Assembly (NCBI GenBank): GCA_963704755.1
Contig: OY969938.1
Location: 4,740,001-4,772,000, forward strand
Origin: an uncultured Chloroflexia bacterium
GTDB lineage: Bacteria; Chloroflexota; Anaerolineae; Anaerolineales; Anaerolineaceae
Length of the DNA stretch: 32,000 nucleotides
Direction of reading: 5' to 3'
The translations under genes were made by a program, and so were the position numbers. Numbering within the stretch: position 1 is the first letter of the stretch; each line of letters opens with the position of its first letter. This document shows positions 24,242 through 32,000 of this stretch, piece by piece. The notes below the pieces were generated by a model. It did no database searches and was not told the origin of the DNA. It worked only from the letters and a program-made list of their open reading frames with translations.

Positions 24242-25645
24242 ATGTACGATCCAAGAGCTGTCGCAATCGTCGGGATAGGGTCGATTTTACCTGAATCACA
24301 AACCACCGCAGATTTTTGGCAAAAAATCAAAGAGGGGCGTTATTTGATCAGTGAGGTGCCGGCCGATCGCTGGCGACCGGACCTGTATTACGATCCTGAT
24401 CCGACCGCGCCGGATAAGACCTATAGCAAAATTGGCGCCTGGGTGCGTTCATATGATTTCGATCCGTTGAAGTGGGGCATCCCCATCCCACCCAGTGTGC
24501 AATTGGTGATGGATATCGGCCAGAAGTGGGGTATCGCTGCTGCCCGTCAGGCATTGCTGGATTTCGATTATCTCCACAAGGACCTGGACTACAGCCGGGT
24601 GGCGGTGATCCTGGGCAATTCGATGGCCGGTGAAAACCACTATATGACCAGTCTGCGTATCCACCTCCCGGAATTTTTGGATACGCTCTCCGGGTTGGAT
24701 TCATTCCAGGCCCTGCCGGAGGATATGCAGCGGACTCTATTGCAAGGGATGCAGCAAAAGTTCCGCCAGCGAATTCACAATATCACTGAAGATACCATGC
24801 CGGGCGAGCTCGGGAACGTCATCGCCGGGCGGATTGCCAATGTTTTCAATTTCGGCGGACCGAACTTCGTCACCGACGCCGCCTGTGCATCTTCACTGGC
24901 TGCTTTGCAGGCCGCGGTGGATGGGCTGGCTAATCACCAATTTGACGCGGTCTTGACCGGTGGCGTGGACGGTAATATGGGTGTGGAAGGGTACGTCAAG
25001 TTCAGCAAGATTGGTGCGCTCAGCCCGGATGGCTCGCGCCCGTTTGATGAAGGCGCCAACGGCTTTGTAATGGGTGAGGGAGCGGTGCTGTTTTTGCTCA
25101 AGCGTCTGGCCGACGCCGAAAGGGATGGCGACCGGATTTATGCGGTTGTCCGTGGAATTGGCGCCAGCAGTGACGGCAAAGGAAAAGGGATCACCGCCCC
25201 CAACCCGGTGGGCCAACTCCGCTCGATCGAACGTGCCTGGAAAAACGCCGGGGTTGACCCTGCCAGCGTTGGGTTGATCGAGGCGCATGGGACTTCGACC
25301 CGTGTAGGGGATGTGGTCGAAGTGAACAGCATGACCGAATATTTTAGCAAATTCGACATCCCGGTCCATAAAGTGGCACTGGGTTCGGTCAAATCGAACA
25401 TTGGCCACTTGAAAAGTGCTGCCGGGGCGGCCGGCCTATTGAAGGCCACCCTCAGCCTGTACGAGAAAATACTGCCTCCCTCGATTAATTTCGACAAGCC
25501 CAACCCAAAAATCGATTTCGCGAACATCCCATTTTACGTCAACCGCGAGTTACGTCCCTGGGAGCGCAAGGAAGGCGATATCCGCCGGGCGGGAGTGAGT
25601 TCGTTTGGCTTCGGCGGGACAAATTTCCACGTGGTTCTGGAAGAA
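24242..25645 (+). other. Domain: ketosynthase 1 (PfaA/PKS-type)
   Basis: Active-site [11 protein letters not shown] (Cys codon 24884-24886), [26 protein letters not shown], and the C-terminal [14 protein letters not shown]. Confidence 0.9.
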
Positions 25646-28600
25646 TGGGTGCCGGGTCTGTTGACCAACGAAAATAAGGTCTATCCGGCTGCACAGGCCA
25701 GCGCAGCGGCAGCGCAACCGGCGCAAATCGCAGCTATGGAGCTCGCTAACGCGGTCCCGGAACCTTACCGCGGGATTTTGTACGTGTCAGCCGGGACACC
25801 GGCTGAACTCCGCACGCTGCTGGCGGTTAAAGTAGAAGAGGCTCGTCGCGGGCAGGTGCCTCCGCGCCGGCTTCCCTCAAATGAAGCCTTGAGCCGGCCA
25901 GAACGCCTGGCGATTGATTTCGAGACGGCCGAAGAGCTGGTTACCCGTGGGGAAAAGGCCTTGAAAGTCCTGGGTTCCGAGGCTCCCAATGCCTGGCAGG
26001 CGTTGACTGCCCAGGGGGTGTACCGCGGCAGCGGCCCGGCCGGAAAAGTGGCCTTCATGTTCCCCGGCCAGGGCTCTCAATACGTCAACATGCTCAAAGA
26101 TCTGTGCGAAGTCGAGCCGGTGGTCGAGGAGACTTTTGCCGAGGCCGACCGGATTATGAAACCGATCCTCGGCCGGACGTTGACCAGCTATATTTATGTC
26201 AACGGCGATGAGGAATCGCTCAAGCAGGCCGAAGATGCCCTGCGGGACACAGCCATCACCCAGCCGGCCATGTTGACCGCCAATGCCGCCATCCTGCGCC
26301 TGATGCAGAAGTTTGGCTACGTCCCGGATATGGTCATCGGCCACAGCCTGGGCGAATATGCCGCCCTGGTCGCGGCCGGAGTTTTGACTTTCGCCGAGGC
26401 ACTCGAGATTGTCAGTGCCCGCGGGCAGGAAATGAAGAAAGTCTCCATGGCCGATAACGGCGGCATGGTGGCCGTTTCCGCGCCAATCGCGGAAGTGGAA
26501 CGGATCCTTCAAGGGATCAGCGAATATGTGGTAATCGCCAACATCAATAGCCCGCTCCAATCGGTGGTCGGTGGCAGCACCCCCGGCATCAATGCCGCTT
26601 TGGAGGCCTTCAATGAGGCCGGCTATCAGGCGACTCGCATCCCGGTTTCGCATGCTTTCCATACCAAAATTGTGGCCCCGGCCAGCGGGCCATTGAAGCA
26701 GGTCATTGCCCGGATGAGCCTGAATTCTCCCCGCATGCCGGTGGTAGCTAACGTCACCGGAGAGATTTATCCGCAGACCCGCGAAGGGATCCTGGACATT
26801 CTTGGCCAGCAAGTAGCCTCTCCGGTGCAATTCATCAAGGGAATGAATACGCTCTACGACAATGGGGTCCGGATATTTGCCGAGATCGGGCCGAAACGGG
26901 TGCTCAATTCGTTGGCCAACGACAATCTCAAAGGCAAAACCGATGTGACTCTGCTCTCCACTAATCACCCCCGTAAAGGAGCGGTGGTCAGCTTTAATGA
27001 AGCCTTGTGCGGGATGCTGGCGGCCGGCGTGTTGCCGGCAGGCGCAGCAAGTTCAGCCGCCGCCGAACAATCTGTTCGGGAAGCAGTACAACTCCAATCT
27101 CCGGCAGCGACCGTGGCGCCTGGGATTGCACCCCAAAACAATGGGCACGATCATTCCAATCCTGGCCCGGTCATCGTTTTTCCGGGCGCTGGGCGCTTGC
27201 CCCTGACCGGCTCGGTCGTCGTCAGCGGGGCCGGGTTGGGGCTGCCGGGTAAAAAAGGCCATGTATTCGATGACGCGAATATCGAAAGCATCCTGCGCGG
27301 TGAAATCCGCATCGAGGGATTGCCAATCGGCTTACGGGAAAAGATGGTTGAACGGAACGCGGTGCGGGTGGAAAAGAGCGAGGCCGGCGCTCAGATGGTC
27401 AACATCAATGACCTGGATATGACTATAAAATTAAAGTGGCCAGCGCGGCCAGTTCGACCTGGCCGAAGAGTTCGGCGTGCCCGCAGAGCGGGTAGAGGCT
27501 ACCGACATCAGCACGCAATTGGCAATCGCCGCCGGGATCGAAGCCCTGCGCGATGCGGGCATCCCCCTGGTGATGCGTTACCGGCTGACCAGCAAGGGCA
27601 CTTACCTGCCCGACCGCTGGAAACTGCCGGAAGCCCTGGCCGACGAGACCGGGGTAATCTTCGCCAGTGCCTTCCCGGGCGTGGACCGCATGGCCGAGGA
27701 GGCTGCCCGGTTCGCCGATTATCGCCAGGCGGGGAAATTGTTGGAAGAAGTTCAAAGCATCCTCGCTTTGGTGCCACCCGACCAAACCGGCTTACGCAAA
27801 ACCCTGGAGGAGCGCGCCCGAGACCTGGAAACTCAATTGAAGGAGCTGGATTATACCTTCGACCGGCGCTACATCTTCCGCATACTGGCGATGGGGCACT
27901 CCCAGTTTGCCGAATATATTGGCGCACGCGGGCCAAATACCTATGTCAACGCGGCTTGCGCCACCACTACCCACGCTATGGGCATCGCCGAGGACTGGAT
28001 CCGCATGGGGCGGGCACGCCGGGTGGTCATCGTAGCCGGTGACGACGTAACCAGCGGCAGCTCGGCCCCCTGGATTGGGACCGGCCTGCTGGCTTCCGGG
28101 GCGACTACCACCGAAGGGGAACTGCGTATGGCAGCGCTGCCCTTCGACCGCCGCCGTAACGGTATGATCATGGGCATGGGCGCGGCCGCCCTGGTGGTCG
28201 AGTCCGAAGATGCCGTCCGCGAGCGCGGGATGCGCGGAATCTGCGAAGTGTTGGCGACCCAGATTGCCAACAGCGCTTTCCACGGGACCCGCCTGGACGT
28301 GGCCCACGTCAGTGACGTGATGGACCGGCTGGTCAGCCAGGCTGAAGAACGGTTTGGCATCGACCGGCGCGATTTCGGCGACCGGACCATGTTTATGTCG
28401 CATGAAACGTACACCCCGGCACGGGGCGGTTCGGCCTCGGCGGAGATCAATGCCTTACGGCATACCTTTGGCGACCAGGCCAACAAAATCATTGTGGCCA
28501 ATACCAAGGGCTATACCGGTCACACTATGGGGGTTGGCATCGAAGACGTGGTGGCCGTGAAAGCGCTGGAAAACGGGGTTGTGCCACCGATTGCCAACTA

Positions 28601-31600
28601 CGATGATAATTTCGAGCCCGATCCTGAATTGGGTGATTTGAATCTTTCGCGCGGCGGCGCCGTGCCGCTGCGCTATGCCCTGCGCCTGGGCGCCGGTTTC
28701 GGCTCGCAGATCGCCATGTCGCTGCTGCGGACCATTCCAGGCGGTAAAGAACGCATCAACCGGCCGGTTTATAACCAATGGCTGGCCGACGTGGCCGGCT
28801 ATGACCAGGCCGACCTGGAAGTGGAAAAACGGACCCTGCGTGTCCATCACGCCGGCCCACCGGCGAAAACACCGGCTCAATCCCAATGGAAGTTTGGCCA
28901 GGGACCCACCCTTTGGGCAGACCGGCCAGAAGACAGTGCGCCACTCGGTGCGGCGGTTGCCCGGCCAGAGGAACATATCACCCAACCTCAACCTGTGGTG
29001 GAAGTTCAGGACCAAATGGAGCCGTTGGCTCTGGCCTCAGCGCCGATGCCGGCCGGCATCGATCGCCAGGAAGTCAAATCGTTCGTGCTGGATCAGGTCA
29101 GCCAGAAGACCGGATACCCGATCGAGATGTTGGATTTGGACCTGGACCTGGAGGCCGACCTGGGCGTGGACACGGTCAAGCAGGCCGAATTATTCGCTGC
29201 TATCCGCGAACACTACGACATCCCCCGGCGGGAAGACTTGCGCCTGGTGGACTACAACACCCTCAATAAAGTGGTCCAGTTTATGATCGATTCGGCCGGG
29301 CAGACTCTGCCGGCAGCACAGCCGGTCGATGCCGGCCAGGCCAATCCCCAACCGCAGCCGGCAGTAAGCGCTGCAGCAGTTAAAACTGCTCCGGTTGCGA
29401 CCGGAGCGGTGCTAGCCGGTACACCGGCGGCCGGGCGTGAGGAGGTGCAGGCCTTCGTACTGGCCCAGGTCAGTGAGAAGACCGGCTACCCGATCGAAAT
29501 GCTCGACCCGGACCTGGACCTGGAAGCCGACCTGGGTATCGACACGGTCAAGCAGGCCGAATTGTTCGCGGCGATCCGCGAGAAATATGACATTCCCCGG
29601 CGGGAGGACCTGCGCCTGGTGGAATACAACACTTTGAATAAAGTCGTCCAGTATATGCTGGATATGCAGAACCAGCCTGAAGCTCCGATCGAAGTGCAGC
29701 CCTTATTGGCCGTTGAGAGCAAACCCGTCGCTGAACCGGTTGAAGCGGCTGTTCCGGCAGTAGAAAGCCAACAAACCGTAGGAAGTATCCCGCGCGAGGA
29801 AATCCAGGCTTATGTGCTGGCTCAGATCAGTGAAAAGACCGGCTACCCGGTCGAAATGCTCGACCCGGACCTGGATCTGGAGGCTGACCTGGGCATCGAC
29901 ACGGTCAAGCAAGCCGAGTTGTTTGCCGCGGTGCGCACCAATTACGATATTCCCCGCCGGGAGGACTTGCGCCTGGTCGATTACAACACATTGGCCAAGG
30001 TGACCGACTTCGTAGTCGATTCACTGGAAGAAAAAGCCGCACTAAAGACTCTTGAAGCCGCCGAGCAGGTCGTGGTGAATCTGCCTGAAATAAGTGCAGT
30101 TCAGCCACAAGCTGCAGCGGAGGCTGCCCAGACTGAAGCGGAGTCCCAGACCGTGCAGATCCGCCGCAGAGTGCCGGTGCCGGTACTGCGACCCAGGTTG
30201 GACCTGTGTGTGCCGACCGGGGTGGAATTGAACGAGGGCGACCGGGTGCTCATTTATGCCCGGCGGAGCAAGGTCGCCGATTCACTGGCCCGCCGGCTGC
30301 GCGGCCGTAAGGCACAGGCAATTTTGCTCCATCCCGAAACCCTGGCGGCCGGACTGGATAAGGTCCGCACGCTTCAGGCGGAGGGGCCGATCAAAGGGAT
30401 CTATTATCTGGCCGGACTGGATGAAGAAACACCTATCGATGATTCGACGGCTGAAGCCTGGACCGGCGCTTTCGAGGAACGGGTGCTCCCGCTGTATCAC
30501 CTGCTGAGAGAGGTGCAGGGCGACCCATTCCTGGTGTGCGGTACCCGCCTGGGCGGCCTTTTGGGATATGGCCCGCAGAGGATCCAATCCCCCCTGGGTG
30601 GCGCGATTTCCGGCTTCACCAAGGCACTCAAACTCGAACGGCTGGAATCGCTGATCAAGGTAGTCGATTTCGAGGCAGAAACGCCGGATGGGCAAATCGC
30701 CGGGCGGCTGCTGGACGAGACTCTGCGAGACCCGGCGATCTATGAAGTTGGTTACGAGGGCGATAAGCGCTTCACCGTCGTGCTGGTGGACCGCGAGGCA
30801 GCGGAAGGCAGCTTTGAACTGGGCGAGAAACCGGTATTCCTGGTCAGCGGCGGTTCGGGCGGAATCACCGTCCCAATCGTGGAAGACCTGGCCCGTAAAA
30901 CCGGTGGCATTTTCTACCTGCTCGGGCGCAGCCAAATTCAAGAGAAAGTTGATCCCGATCTGCAGCGCGTGCTGGCTGACCGGGAGAGCGTCAAACGATC
31001 ATTGATCGAGCGGGCGGCTACGGCCGGCCAAAAATTGACCCCCTCCCAGATCGACCGGGAACTGTTGGCCCTGGAACGTGCGGCTTCGGCCCTGGACGCC
31101 GTCCGGCGGGTCGAGGCAGCCGGTGGGCAGGCGACTTACCTGTCCTGCGATGTCAGCGATGCGCAGTCGGCCGAACGGGCAGTGGCGCAAATTGTGGCGA
31201 AACACGGGCGAGTGGACGTGCTGCTGCACGCTGCCGGGATCGATCGCAGCCGCAAGCTGGAGAGCAAACCGGAGGATGAATTCCGCATGGTCACGGCCAT
31301 CAAAATGGCCGGGTTGATCCATTTATATAAAGCGATCCAGTCCCAGGGCAGCTTGCCAAAGGCGGTGGTCATGTTTGGCTCGGTGGCCGGGCGGTTTGGC
31401 AACACCGGCCAGACCGATTACGCGGCGGCCAACAGCTTCCTTGCGATGATGGGTTTTGCCTTGCAGCAGGCCCATCCCCAGATGAAAACCGTGGTCATCG
31501 ACTGGAGCGCCTGGGCGGGTGTGGGCATGGCTTCACGCGGCTACATTCCACGCCTGATGGCGCGAGCCGGCGTGGACCTGATCGCAGCGGAGGAAGCCGC

Positions 31601-32000
31601 ACCCCTGGTGTACCAGGAACTGACCAATGGAGAGATGAGCGCCGAGGTCGTCCTGGCCGGATCGCTGGGTGTGCTGGAAGGCGATTTGCGCGCAGATGGC
31701 GGCCTGGATCTGGCGGCAGCCAACAAAGCCCTGGTCGATGGCGAGCCGATCCACGTGATGCTCAGCCGGGCGGCTGGCCTCACTCTGCACGATGGTATTT
31801 TGCTGGAAGCCGAGCTGGACCCGAATAGCGAGCCGTTCCTCAAGGACCACGCCATGAACGGCATCCCGCTGCTGCCGGGGGTAATGGGTATCGAAGGTTT
31901 TTCAGTGGCTGCCCGGCACGTTTCTTCTGTGTTGGGTTCACCTGAAGCCGGATTTAGCGTGACCGGCCTGCAGGATGTCCAATTCCTGGCGCCATTCAAG
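24242..32000 (+). CDS. PfaA-like type I FAS/PKS megasynthase, KS-AT-KS-(carrier)x3-KR-DH...; the frame is interrupted at about 27433 (+1 shift) and the 3' end lies beyond the window
   Basis: The ATG at 24242 has a GAGGAG Shine-Dalgarno 7 nt upstream. The frame of 24242 is coding to about 27433. From 27435 the next frame is open to nt 32000 (hand translated; it is not in the ORF track because it has no stop). Every domain motif is listed in the domain features below. Confidence 0.9.
26042..26917 (+). other. Domain: acyltransferase (malonyl-CoA:ACP type)
   Basis: [13 protein letters not shown], nucleophile GHSLGEYAA (Ser codon 26345-26347), and VSHAFHT. Confidence 0.9.
27209..28730 (+). other. 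Domain: ketosynthase 2 (FabF-like, complete Cys-His-His triad), split by the frame break at about 27433
   Basis: The N-terminus [12 protein letters not shown] lies in the upstream frame. The downstream frame gives [12 protein letters not shown] (Cys codon 27957-27959), [26 protein letters not shown] and [12 protein letters not shown]. About 250 aa separate the N-terminus from the Cys, which is longer than in FabF. Confidence 0.8.
29058..29294 (+). other. Domain: carrier (ACP-like) 1, with Thr at the canonical Ser position
   Basis: [54 protein letters not shown]. The Thr codon ACG is at 29172-29174. Confidence 0.8.
29436..29666 (+). other. Domain: carrier (ACP-like) 2, with Thr at the canonical Ser position
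   Basis: [54 protein letters not shown]. The Thr codon ACG is at 29544-29546. Confidence 0.8.
29787..30023 (+). other. Domain: carrier (ACP-like) 3, with Thr at the canonical Ser position
   Basis: [54 protein letters not shown]. The Thr codon ACG is at 29901-29903. Confidence 0.8.
30828..31533 (+). other. Domain: ketoreductase (catalytic subdomain; a structural subdomain probably begins at about 30150)
   Basis: Rossmann motif [21 protein letters not shown], and catalytic [12 protein letters not shown] (YAAAN). Confidence 0.85.
31749..32000 (+). other. Domain: PKS-type dehydratase, N-terminal hotdog half (truncated by the window end)
   Basis: The HxxxGxxxxP motif reads [22 protein letters not shown], with the His codon at 31848-31850. 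Confidence 0.7.

Noticed and set aside
27419-27440. Programmed ribosomal frameshift at the KS2 frame break
   Set aside because: There is no X XXY YYZ slippery heptamer in the zero frame, no in-frame stop or hungry-codon context of the prfB type, and no obvious downstream stimulatory structure. An indel in the A-run is the simpler explanation.
27435-28042. Tail of the ORF-track entry 24182..28042 ([25 protein letters not shown]...), read as a genuine C-terminus of the synthase
   Set aside because: It is an Arg/Pro/Gly-rich low-complexity translation with no domain motifs. The +1 frame over the same nucleotides encodes a textbook KS core. The long stop-free run is what an off-frame read of a GC-rich gene produces.
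25877-30941. Long minus-strand ORFs inside the synthase (25877..26968, 27792..28403, 27941..28507, 28455..29015, 30282..30941)
   Set aside because: They are antisense to a strongly supported coding frame. Their translations are Arg/Gly/Pro/Ala-rich and motif-free, which is typical of GC-rich antisense artefacts.

Overview
Moderately GC-rich bacterial chromosomal segment. Gene content and repeat style suggest a Chloroflexota-like organism, but that is a guess. All calls rest on hand translation and motif recognition only; no searches were run.

Gene content, left to right:
- A UPF0210/ACT-domain gene pair at the left edge.
- An alpha/beta-hydrolase gene remnant.
- A three-gene signalling operon: PAS histidine kinase, double-receiver protein, and a REC-PAS-GAF-GAF-HD-GYP protein.
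- A minus-strand TetR-controlled exporter operon: TetR, GlsB-like, ABC ATPase, two ABC-2 permeases, a second ATPase and a HlyD adaptor.
- An SDR epimerase, surE and zwf.
- An OmpR/HK two-component pair.
- An ApbE plus ferric-reductase-like membrane module.
- A transglutaminase-like protein.

The most notable element starts at 24242 and runs off the right edge. It is a very large PfaA-like type I FAS/PKS megasynthase with the order KS-AT-KS-(carrier)x3-KR-DH. Three things stand out about it:
- A second, FabF-like KS with a full Cys-His-His triad sits between the AT and the carrier array.
- All three carrier domains carry Thr where the phosphopantetheinyl Ser is expected.
- The reading frame is broken by one nucleotide at about 27433. 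The downstream frame (27435 to 32000) is missing from the ORF track because it has no stop in the window.

The second main observation is a dense family of small nested-palindrome elements in the intergenic regions. They have 14-bp terminal inverted repeats (GTAACTGCTCAGSC...GSCTGAGTAGTTAC), an internal long perfect hairpin, and 8-bp flanking direct repeats that are perfect in three copies. This is MITE-like behaviour.

No rRNA, tRNA or CRISPR array was recognised.
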